Below are positions 19,371 to 28,028 of a stretch of DNA of 64,000 bases, in pieces. The translations under genes and the position numbers were made by a program. The notes under the pieces are model-generated. The model did not search any database and was not told the origin of the DNA. It saw only the letters and a list, made by a program, of their open reading frames with translations. The DNA is taken from assembly GCA_902785275.1 (NCBI GenBank), contig CACZYB010000003.1, positions 32,001 to 96,000 of the forward strand, given 5' to 3'. Origin of the DNA: an uncultured Pseudomonadota bacterium. Its GTDB lineage: Bacteria; Pseudomonadota; Alphaproteobacteria; Rs-D84; CACZYB01. Position 1 is the first letter of the stretch. Each line of letters starts with the position of its first letter.

Positions 19371-20387
19371 TTAGAATGTAATTTTCTTTCCTTTATTCAT
19401 AGCATCAACTATACCACAAAGGAGTGTTAATGAAGAAATTGCTTCTTTTTCAGAAATAAGGAATGGTTTTCCATCAAGCAATGTTTCTGCAATACTTTTA
19501 TAGTATGGTGTATGACCCTTTCCATAAACAGAATCAACATCATAAGAAACATCACAGAATTGTTCAACATCACCTTCAAATTTCCAATCAAGAATCTTAT
19601 TTAATGCAACACCACCAATTTTTACCAAACCTTTTTCACCGATTATAGTAATACTTCCTTCATAATTTTCATTATAAGTAAGTACGGAAAGGTTAAGGTT
19701 ACCAATTGTATTATTTTTCCATTCAATAATTGTTGAACCACAATCTTCGGTTTCAATCTTTCTTTCCCTTGTTTTACCAAGAGTATAGATTGATTTAAGT
19801 GGGCTTTTTGCAAACCAGTTCATTATATCAGTATAGTGAGAAGCCTGTGTAATAAAGGCACCACCATCAATTTTTTTAGAACCATGCCATGCAGGATTTT
19901 TATAATAATCATCGTCACGATACCAAAAAACATTAGATGTAATCATATAAATTTTACCAAATGCACCAGCATCTAATGCCTTTTTAACACATTGAATTGT
20001 TGGGTTAAAACGATTTTGGTGAATAAGGAAAACGTGTTTACCCTTCTTTTTTGCAAGATTTATAAGTTTTTTACCTTCGGATAGACAAAGTGTTAAAGGT
20101 TTTTCAACGATAACATTTATACCTGCCTTTAAAACCTTTCTTGCATTTTCATAGTGAAAGCCATTTGGTGTACAAACACTTACACAGTCAAGCTTTTCAA
20201 ACTTAAGCATATCATCAATATTTGTATAAGGAATGGCACCAGTTTTTTGTTGAGCCTTCTGTAAATTTGTTGGATTTATATCACAAACAGCAGCAATTTC
20301 CATAGTTTCGCTATTGTTTTTAATTGCATCGAAATGACAATCGGAAATTCGTCCACAACCAACAATTCCCATTCTTAGTTTTTGCAT
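19371..20387 (-). CDS. Gfo/Idh/MocA oxidoreductase, WbpB/WlbA-like UDP-sugar dehydrogenase
   Basis: GIVGCGRIS, VCTPNGFH, VEKPL, HQNRFNPT, DGGAFITQASHY, NYEGSITIIGEKG, SVYGKGH. Confidence 0.85.
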   Translation of the reverse strand: MQKLRMGIVGCGRISDCHFDAIKNNSETMEIAAVCDINPTNLQKAQQKTGAIPYTNIDDMLKFEKLDCVSVCTPNGFHYENARKVLKAGINVIVEKPLTLCLSEGKKLINLAKKKGKHVFLIHQNRFNPTIQCVKKALDAGAFGKIYMITSNVFWYRDDDYYKNPAWHGSKKIDGGAFITQASHYTDIMNWFAKSPLKSIYTLGKTRERKIETEDCGSTIIEWKNNTIGNLNLSVLTYNENYEGSITIIGEKGLVKIGGVALNKILDWKFEGDVEQFCDVSYDVDSVYGKGHTPYYKSIAETLLDGKPFLISEKEAISSLTLLCGIVDAMNKGKKITF

Positions 20388-20500
20388 TTTAGCCTCCATT
20401 GCTGCCGTATTATATCATATAAAATCTAAAAGTAAACGAAATTTTAAAGAACGAAAAAACCTCCCAATCGGGAGGCATTTTTCAAACTTTTAAAGCAAAA

Positions 20501-20743
20501 TTAAACATTAAGAGCTGTTCTGTAAAGTTCTGTTACTTCATCAAGTTCAGATCTATCTGCTTCGTCAAGCTTCTTAAGTCTTAAAACAACTCTCATAATT
20601 TTAGGATCATAACCAGTTGCTTTTGCTTCTGCATAAATTTCACGAATATCACTACGGATATTTGCCATTTCTTCTTCTAATCTTTCGATTCTATCCATAA
20701 AACTTGAAAGTTCATCTGCGCGGATTCCGTCTGTTTGTGCCAT
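20501..20743 (-). CDS. gapR: Nucleoid-associated protein GapR (DUF2312)
   Basis: LSSFMDRIERLEEE...DIREIYAEAKATGYDPKIMR...LYRTAL. Confidence 0.9.
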   Translation of the reverse strand: MAQTDGIRADELSSFMDRIERLEEEMANIRSDIREIYAEAKATGYDPKIMRVVLRLKKLDEADRSELDEVTELYRTALNV

Positions 20744-20881
20744 TTACATCTCCTTTTTTTGTAAAAGTTAATAAAAATAAGTTGTAAAACTTAAAATATA
20801 ATGTATTATATTATCCATAAAATTACTTAACTCAAGTAAAAAAATAAAAAAAATAACTAATAAACAAAAAAGGATATAAAA

Positions 20882-22333
20882 ATGGAATTAAAAAATCTTG
20901 ATAACAATTATAGATTTACAAAGATTGTTGCCACAATCGGACCTTCTACTGAAGAGTACGAAAATCTTAAGGCTGTTATAGAAGCAGGCGTTAACGTTTG
21001 CCGTCTTAACTTCTCTCATGGTACACATGAAGATCACAAAAAAAGATTTGATAACATTAAAAGAATCGAAAAAGAATTAGGTAGAAGAATTGGTATTCTT
21101 GCTGATATGCAAGGTCCAAAACTTCGTGTTGGTAAATTTAAGAACGAATTCGAAATTTTGGAAGATGGTCAAGAATTTTCATTTGATAACAGTGAAGAAC
21201 TTGGCGATAAAACACGTGTTCAACTTCCAAACGTTGCAATTCTTGACGCATTAAAAGTTGGTGATTATGTTCTTATCAACGATGGTAAAATCAAAGTTCA
21301 AGTTATTGAAAAAACTGCTGGCTCTGTTAAAACAAAAGTTATCGTTGGCGGTAAAATTTCTGATAGAAAAGGTTTCAACCTTCCAAATACAGTTGTAAAT
21401 CTTCCTGTTTTCACAGAAAAAGATTTGTCTGATTTGGAATTTGCTCTTTCACTTGGCGTTGATTGGATCGCTGCATCATTCGTTCAAACACCTGATGATG
21501 TTCGTTATGCAAAGAAAATCATCAATGGTCGTGCATCATTGGTATGTAAGATTGAAAAACCTACTGCTGCTATTGATTACCTTGAAGAAATCGTTGATTT
21601 AGCTGATGGTATCATGGTTGCTCGTGGTGACTTGGGTGTTGAAGTTGAACCACAAATGGTTCCAATGCTTCAAAAGAGAATGATTAAACTTTGCCGTGAA
21701 AAGAGAAAACCAGTTATCGTTGCAACACATATGTTGGAATCAATGATCGATAACACATTCCCAACACGTGCCGAAGCATCTGACGTTGCAAACGCAGTTT
21801 ACGAATGCACAGATTGTGTTATGCTTTCTGCTGAAACAGCTCAAGGTAAATACCCAACAGACGCTGTAAAGATGATGTCTTCTATCATCAGACAAGTAGA
21901 AGCTGATCCTGAATACAGAAACTATATCTCAACATACACAAAAGATTTAAAAGAAAATACTTTGGGTGATGTTATGACTTCTGTTGCTGCTGATATCACA
22001 AACAAAACAGATGCAAAAGCTGTATTCGCTTACACAACATCTGGTACAACTGCTATCAACCTTTCAAAGCATAAACCACATGCTCCTATTATCGCTGTTA
22101 CAACAGAAGATAAAGTTGCAGGTCGTTTGACACTTTGCTGGGGTGTAACACCAAAAGTTGTTGAATCAACAGATTCAGACAAGATTGATGACCTTTCAAG
22201 AACTGTTGCAAAAGATCTTAAACTTGCAAAAGAAGGTGATGAACTTGTTCTTACATTTGGTAAAGGTACTGCTACTGCAAAATCTATCTTTACAGAAGGT
22301 GCAACAACTCTTGTAAGTGTTATCAAAGCATAA
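20882..22333 (+). CDS. pyk: Pyruvate kinase
   Basis: TKIVATIGP, RLNFSHG, DMQGPKLR, KIEKP, MVARGDLGVE, TRAEASDVANA, MLSAETA. Confidence 0.98.
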   Translation: MELKNLDNNYRFTKIVATIGPSTEEYENLKAVIEAGVNVCRLNFSHGTHEDHKKRFDNIKRIEKELGRRIGILADMQGPKLRVGKFKNEFEILEDGQEFSFDNSEELGDKTRVQLPNVAILDALKVGDYVLINDGKIKVQVIEKTAGSVKTKVIVGGKISDRKGFNLPNTVVNLPVFTEKDLSDLEFALSLGVDWIAASFVQTPDDVRYAKKIINGRASLVCKIEKPTAAIDYLEEIVDLADGIMVARGDLGVEVEPQMVPMLQKRMIKLCREKRKPVIVATHMLESMIDNTFPTRAEASDVANAVYECTDCVMLSAETAQGKYPTDAVKMMSSIIRQVEADPEYRNYISTYTKDLKENTLGDVMTSVAADITNKTDAKAVFAYTTSGTTAINLSKHKPHAPIIAVTTEDKVAGRLTLCWGVTPKVVESTDSDKIDDLSRTVAKDLKLAKEGDELVLTFGKGTATAKSIFTEGATTLVSVIKA

Positions 22334-22354
22334 TATTTGATAGAGTAAAAAATG

Positions 22355-22386
22355 TCCCCTTTGATTTTTTCAAGGGGGATTTTTTT
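22355..22386 (+). terminator. Terminator after pyk
   Basis: tcccctttga/tcaaggggga stem (one G-U pair) followed by a T tract. Confidence 0.8.
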
Positions 22387-22593
22387 ATGCCTGTTTCTTA
22401 TCATTAAGTATTTTTCAAAGGATATTTTCCCCTATCGGTGTATGAATTATTTGATTGGTAAATGGTAATATTATTATTGTGTGGGTTGTAATAGGATAAG
22501 TAGTTTTGGTAAATAAAGTTTAAAGTATCTGGTTTATATTAGATAAAAAAATCCCCGCCGAAACGGGGAGAGGTAAATTTATGAAAAATATCT

Positions 22594-24555
22594 TTAGTTA
22601 AATACTTTCCAATTCAATTTTTTAACTTCGCCTTCCTGCATAAGGATTGAACCACCACCAGCAGGGTTACCAAGATAACACGCACCAGTCATAACTTCAC
22701 GGTTTGCGTCAGCAGAAAGCTTGCTTGTTATCAAAGTAGTTGCACCGGTAAGTAAAGTTTGTGTTCCAGTTGACATCACATTTTGTAATGCAGTAGAACT
22801 TTGTTCCTTTAGCTCCTCAACTTCTTTTTTCTTCTTATTCAAAGAATCTTGGTTAGTCTTATATGCAGACAATGTTTTGTTATATTTATCTTGCTCTTCT
22901 GTTGTAATTAATTCATTCAACGCTCTGGAAGCAGCCATTGCATCTTTTGCATTGCCTTTAATATTAGCAATATCTTGTTGTATTCGACTAACACCATTTT
23001 TATCGCCATCAGTCAACTTTATATATTTATTATAAGATTTATCAAATCTACACTTTGACTCATCCTTAGCGCAAAGGTAACCAGTTCTGCCATTTTCAGT
23101 AAATTCATGACATCTAGAGTTAGCATTGCAACCTTTATTCTCATTACAAAACTTTGTATATGCAGATGCTTCATCTGTAACAGAACCTTCTCTATAATAT
23201 AAAGCAGAACCTCCTAATTCGCCTGACGAACAGAATTCCGAACCACCACCACTAGATAAGTTTTGATTCATAATTGACTGTAACATATTAGCCTTAGCTG
23301 TTCCAGCATAAATAGACATGAATTGATTATCAGCTTGTTCTTGTTCAGCTTTTCTCTTCAATTCATCAAGGTTACCTTTTGTCCTGATAAGTTCAGAAAG
23401 TTTTTCTGCTTTCTTTATATCGTTTGATTTTTCGATAAGGACAAGACATGTCTTTCCACCTTCAAATTTAAAGCTGGAATCAGAACATAGTGTAACATTA
23501 CTAATACCAACAGGTTGTTTGTCATATGTTGGACGTGATGAACTATTAAATGTTCCACCACATTTATCATTATCAACCCCCTTCTTTAAGCAATACTTTG
23601 CATTGTTATCATCGCTTCCGATATAACCGCCGGTGCAATTTTCATCCTTGCCTATACCTGAACCCTTTTCACCATAATCATAAGTCGCACAGACATATTT
23701 TTCAGTTAAGTCAGTTCCGTTAAATTCGTACCAAGCATCGGTTTTATAAGCGCCTGCACGTTTTGCTTCACGTGATGCCTTTACCGCCTGGAATGCCTGT
23801 ACACCGGTATTCAAAAGACCAGTTCCAAGTTGGATACCAGATTGGATAAGTGCAATTTTATCCTCTGCCTTCATTTCAGGTTTGAATTCCAAATCTTGTT
23901 GGCTTAGACCAAAGTTTGCATAGGTACATGTAAATGTTGTACCAACTGATACAGACTTTGGTGTGGATAACTTTGAATGTTTACCATCAGCAGATCTTGC
24001 GAAATAGTAAATATCAAGTTTACATGTTTCGCCAGAAACTTTACCACCTGCTTCTTTACAACTTTCAGAGAAAGATTCTTTAATCTTTGCAATAACCTTT
24101 TGTTTTGCAACGGTACGAACAGTTTCGGATGATGCAGATTTAAGGTAAGTTTGGCAATTTGTATTTCCAGCATAGAATGTTTCGATATTTGATGTTCTGA
24201 AACATTTTTCGTATGCGATATCGCCAGCACATTGTGCACTTATGCAACTTAACAAATTTGATTGTAAATTTGAGATTTCGGTTGCTTCATCCACTGTGGA
24301 AGAAGAAGAGCTGGATGATGAAGTGGAAGATGAAGTACCACGACGCGATGTGGAGGTATTTGATGCGCGTTCTTCGGAAACCTCATCAAAAGAAACAGCA
24401 TCTGCTACTTTTTTGGATTTCTTTTTTGATGAACTTTTTTTCTTTGATGAACTCTTCTTTTTTGCCTTTTTGGCGAATGTGTAATCATTTGGGAAAACAA
24501 GTGCCCCAGCCAAAATCAAGCTTAAAATAGCGAGAAAACTACTCCTACTCTTCAT
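22594..24555 (-). CDS. Secreted Cys-rich hypothetical protein with Lys/Ser-rich N-terminus and Gly/Thr-rich amphipathic helices
   Basis: GGAGG RBS before ATG 24555, signal peptide, many Cys, downstream hairpin tccccg-ccgaaa-cgggga. Confidence 0.82.
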   Translation of the reverse strand: MKSRSSFLAILSLILAGALVFPNDYTFAKKAKKKSSSKKKSSSKKKSKKVADAVSFDEVSEERASNTSTSRRGTSSSTSSSSSSSSTVDEATEISNLQSNLLSCISAQCAGDIAYEKCFRTSNIETFYAGNTNCQTYLKSASSETVRTVAKQKVIAKIKESFSESCKEAGGKVSGETCKLDIYYFARSADGKHSKLSTPKSVSVGTTFTCTYANFGLSQQDLEFKPEMKAEDKIALIQSGIQLGTGLLNTGVQAFQAVKASREAKRAGAYKTDAWYEFNGTDLTEKYVCATYDYGEKGSGIGKDENCTGGYIGSDDNNAKYCLKKGVDNDKCGGTFNSSSRPTYDKQPVGISNVTLCSDSSFKFEGGKTCLVLIEKSNDIKKAEKLSELIRTKGNLDELKRKAEQEQADNQFMSIYAGTAKANMLQSIMNQNLSSGGGSEFCSSGELGGSALYYREGSVTDEASAYTKFCNENKGCNANSRCHEFTENGRTGYLCAKDESKCRFDKSYNKYIKLTDGDKNGVSRIQQDIANIKGNAKDAMAASRALNELITTEEQDKYNKTLSAYKTNQDSLNKKKKEVEELKEQSSTALQNVMSTGTQTLLTGATTLITSKLSADANREVMTGACYLGNPAGGGSILMQEGEVKKLNWKVFN

Positions 24556-24741
24556 AATATCCTCCATAACTTACTTCAAGTTTAGCACTTTTTTCAAGAA
24601 TATTCAAGTGTTTTTATTGATTTTTTTATGGAGTAAAGAGGGTGTGAATTGTGATAATTTACCCCTTTTTATGAACTGGATATTAATATAAAAAAATCCC
24701 CCAATGTTATTTTGGAGGATTAATTGGTATAAAAAGAAAAA

Positions 24742-25197
24742 TTATATGCTTTTCTTTCCTGTCTTCATAGCGCTTAGCATTGCAGAAACACAAAGTTTAT
24801 CATCAACGTAAACTTCGGCTTGCCATTTTTCGAATGGGCCACGTTCAGCAACCTTTTCAACATGGATGTGAAGTTGATCGCCTGGAATTACCCTGTTTTT
24901 AAACTTTGCATTATCAATACCTGTAAGAAGTACGATTTGCCCCTTTGATTCCTCAGAATCTCCGGTTGAACCAACCAAAACAGCAGTTTGGCACATTGCT
25001 TCTAACATTAAAACACCAGGCATTGTTGGAGTTGTTGGGAAATGTCCGTTAAAAAATTCCTCATTTACAGTAACATTTTTTATTCCTGTACCTGATTTTC
25101 CTGGGGTAATATCGATAACCCTATCAACCATTAAAAATGGGTAACGATGAGGAAGAATTTTTTTTATCTCATCAATATACATTATTTTATTTTCCAT
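24742..25197 (-). CDS. fabZ: 3-hydroxyacyl-ACP dehydratase FabZ
   Basis: LPHRYPFLMVDRV, KNVTVNE, GHFP, MPGVLMLEAMCQ. GAGGT RBS before ATG 25197. Confidence 0.96.
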   Translation of the reverse strand: MENKIMYIDEIKKILPHRYPFLMVDRVIDITPGKSGTGIKNVTVNEEFFNGHFPTTPTMPGVLMLEAMCQTAVLVGSTGDSEESKGQIVLLTGIDNAKFKNRVIPGDQLHIHVEKVAERGPFEKWQAEVYVDDKLCVSAMLSAMKTGKKSI

Positions 25198-25288
25198 AAT
25201 CACCTCTTTTTTGAATATGAAGTATAATTTATTCCTTGTCGAAATAAAACGCAAGTTATTTTTACAGGATTATATACCTTTTTAAATT

Positions 25289-26353
25289 TTACTTGGCACT
25301 TTTCTTTTTAAGCATACGGCGAAGAAGCGCAGTTTGCTTTAGAAAATCCCCAACTGGCATTGCTGGATAACCACTTACTTTTGAACCAGCAGGAAGGTTT
25401 TGTATAACACCACCGCGGGCTCCTATTTCAACACCATCACCAATAGTTAGGTGGCCAGAGATACCAGCACCAGCACCAACTAAAACCCAATTACCGATAG
25501 TTGTGGAACCTGCGACACCGCACATACCAGCGAAAATACAGTTTTGACCAGTTTTTACATTGTGTCCTATTTGAACGAGGTTATCAATCTTTGTACCTTT
25601 GCCAATAACTGTATCACCAATCGCACCACGGTCAATCGCACTATTGATACCTACGTCAACATTGTCTTCAAGTACGACACGTCCTAGTTGTGGTACCCAG
25701 ATGTGGCCAAATCTGCCACTGTGCCAACCGAATCCATTACCACCTATAACACTTTGTTCACCGATATTTACATTGTTGCCAAGGATGGCGTGGCTTACTA
25801 CGGCATTTTCCTTTATGGTACAATTATCGCCAAGTATTACACCAGTTTTGATTTTTGCACCGGACCCGATATAGCAATTTTCACCTATTTCGACACCCTC
25901 TTCTATCACTGCAAATGGACCAATGTGAACGGAATCACGATTTTTGAACTTTACAGATGGAGCAACAAAAGCCATATCAGAGATACCGTTTTTCTTTGTA
26001 TTTTTATCCTCATAAAACTTATAAGTTAGATTTATAAATGCAAGCTTTGGATCATCTGTGATTGCGGGGATTATACCAGCGGGAAGGAAAGGTAAATCCT
26101 TTTCAGAAATAAAGCAAGCACAAGCAGTAATGTACTTTAATTTTTCCTTGTATTCTGCAGATTTATCAAGTGCAGAACTTACGGCATTACCCAGGGATAA
26201 GAAAATCATACTTTCCTTATCTGACTTTTCAAGAGATCCGAGATTTTTAATTTCAACGGATGCAAACTTTTCATCAATTTTTGCACCGGTAATTTTTGCA
26301 ACTTCGCCAAGGGTTATTGATTTTGTAACGTTATAAAATCTTTCCATTTCCAT
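25289..26353 (-). CDS. lpxD: UDP-3-O-acyl-glucosamine N-acyltransferase LpxD
   Basis: Hexapeptide repeats, GFG...VPQLGRV, IDRGAIGDT, KIDNLVQIGHNV. Confidence 0.95.
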   Translation of the reverse strand: MEMERFYNVTKSITLGEVAKITGAKIDEKFASVEIKNLGSLEKSDKESMIFLSLGNAVSSALDKSAEYKEKLKYITACACFISEKDLPFLPAGIIPAITDDPKLAFINLTYKFYEDKNTKKNGISDMAFVAPSVKFKNRDSVHIGPFAVIEEGVEIGENCYIGSGAKIKTGVILGDNCTIKENAVVSHAILGNNVNIGEQSVIGGNGFGWHSGRFGHIWVPQLGRVVLEDNVDVGINSAIDRGAIGDTVIGKGTKIDNLVQIGHNVKTGQNCIFAGMCGVAGSTTIGNWVLVGAGAGISGHLTIGDGVEIGARGGVIQNLPAGSKVSGYPAMPVGDFLKQTALLRRMLKKKSAK

Positions 26354-26473
26354 AGTGGAGCTCCTTTAACTTTTAAATTATCATAGGCTAATTATAATAA
26401 AAAATAGGCCTTTTTACAAGACCTATTTTTCCATTGAATCAAATTCATTTAAATTTTACTTATACCCCCTATT

Positions 26474-27355
26474 CTATGGACAAGCTTCAAGTGTAAGCGC
26501 AATATTAAGAACTGTTTCGTTAACGTCTTCCTCTATAATATCGCCGTTTTTGTTTTTGTATCTGTAAATCAAAGGTTTTCTGTAAAATTCGCTATCACTA
26601 TTATATACACGATAGAAATTGTTTATATTTTTTCTTATGAAAGGTTTGTTGTTACAGATGCAATTTTCCTTTGATTTCAAGATTGCCTTTATAACATTAC
26701 TATCATCAAAAGATTGTTCGATATCTTCTTCGGAAACAAGGATACATCTGTCCTGTGCCAAAAGGTAATCTTTATCTTTTTTCAAGATATCGTTGATTTC
26801 GTAACTATCGTAATCTTTGTTTTTCAATTCTTCGGTAAGGTTTGAACTACAACACATTGAGGAAATACTCAAAAGGTTTTTATAGTTTTCCATAATGACT
26901 TTTGTACCTTGAGATTCATAATTCTTTCCTTCATCCAAAGCTTCACTATCACTTTGTGCCAAATAGTCCATAAAAGATTTTATTTCACCTTCTGATAAAT
27001 CATGGAAGGCCTTTGAGTAATCATTTACAGGCTTTATTAATACAATCTTTTTTTCAACCTTTTTTGTATTGGTTTTATTTTGTTGATAAACAGGGGTGCT
27101 TGCATTAATTGATTTTTGCAAAGAATTCTTTAATGTTGAATTTTTTTCATTCTTTATTTCAAAATGTTTTATTTCAGACGGTCCAACACCTTCTGTGTAA
27201 ATAATATAGCTTTCACCCTTTACATTTCCATTTCCGATGATTTCTATATCTTCTGGTTCTTCTTCCAAAATTTCGACCTCCTTATTATATGTGGTACAAG
27301 AAAATAATGCCACAACAGATAAGGACAACATTAAATATTTAAAGTTCTTTAGCAT
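26474..27355 (-). CDS. Hypothetical Cys-containing lipoprotein
   Basis: Lipobox LFS-C, MCC, CIC, C-terminal EACP, GGGGG RBS. Confidence 0.8.
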   Translation of the reverse strand: MLKNFKYLMLSLSVVALFSCTTYNKEVEILEEEPEDIEIIGNGNVKGESYIIYTEGVGPSEIKHFEIKNEKNSTLKNSLQKSINASTPVYQQNKTNTKKVEKKIVLIKPVNDYSKAFHDLSEGEIKSFMDYLAQSDSEALDEGKNYESQGTKVIMENYKNLLSISSMCCSSNLTEELKNKDYDSYEINDILKKDKDYLLAQDRCILVSEEDIEQSFDDSNVIKAILKSKENCICNNKPFIRKNINNFYRVYNSDSEFYRKPLIYRYKNKNGDIIEEDVNETVLNIALTLEACP

Positions 27356-27424
27356 AGTAAAATCCCCCTAACTTTTAGTTATTATACCAAAAAATTAAGG
27401 GGGACTCAAGAAAATAATGGAATA

Positions 27425-27961
27425 TTATTTTGTTTTTAATTCAATCTCTTTTATTTCGTTATTCAATGCTTTGATGATATCATCTGTAATATCCAAATTA
27501 TCACTGATAGCAACGGCAGTTTGTGAATTAACGATTAAATCAAAACCTTTTTCTTTACCAACAGTTTTGATAATTCTGTCGAGATAATCTTTTTGAAGAG
27601 TTTTCAAAGCTTCGATAAATCCTTTTTCAACAGCAGCAACCTTTTGTTCTGTTGATTTATCGTATTTCAAAACTTCACCTTGGAAAGATTGAAGTTCTTT
27701 TATGAATGCTTCTTTATCCATAACGGCTTGTTTTGCTTTAAGTTCACTTTCTTTCTTTTCGAAATCTTTACGTTTTGAATTTACTTCTTTTTGGATAGCT
27801 TCAAGTTTTGCATCTTTTTGTTTATTCAAAGATATCATAACCTTTGCTTCCTTATTGATTTTAACAACATCAGCAATACCAACATTCATACCATCCTTTG
27901 CATTTGCAGAAGATACAAAAAGCATTGTTGATAAAATTGAAGCGAGTAATATTTTTTTCAT
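27425..27961 (-). CDS. skp: Periplasmic chaperone Skp/OmpH
   Basis: Signal peptide, VGIADVVKI, coiled coil, DITDDIIKALN. Located after bamA. Confidence 0.88.
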   Translation of the reverse strand: MKKILLASILSTMLFVSSANAKDGMNVGIADVVKINKEAKVMISLNKQKDAKLEAIQKEVNSKRKDFEKKESELKAKQAVMDKEAFIKELQSFQGEVLKYDKSTEQKVAAVEKGFIEALKTLQKDYLDRIIKTVGKEKGFDLIVNSQTAVAISDNLDITDDIIKALNNEIKEIELKTK

Positions 27962-28028
27962 TTTTTTCTCCTTATTTATTTTAAAACTTTTTTAATTATA
28001 TTCCTTTTTATTTAATAATCAATAGGTA

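Noticed and set aside
26400-26432. Inverted repeat aaaataggcct/agacctatttt upstream of lpxD as a second invertible switch
   Set aside because: The loop is only a few nt, so it cannot contain a promoter. It is better explained as the terminator of the upstream lipoprotein gene.
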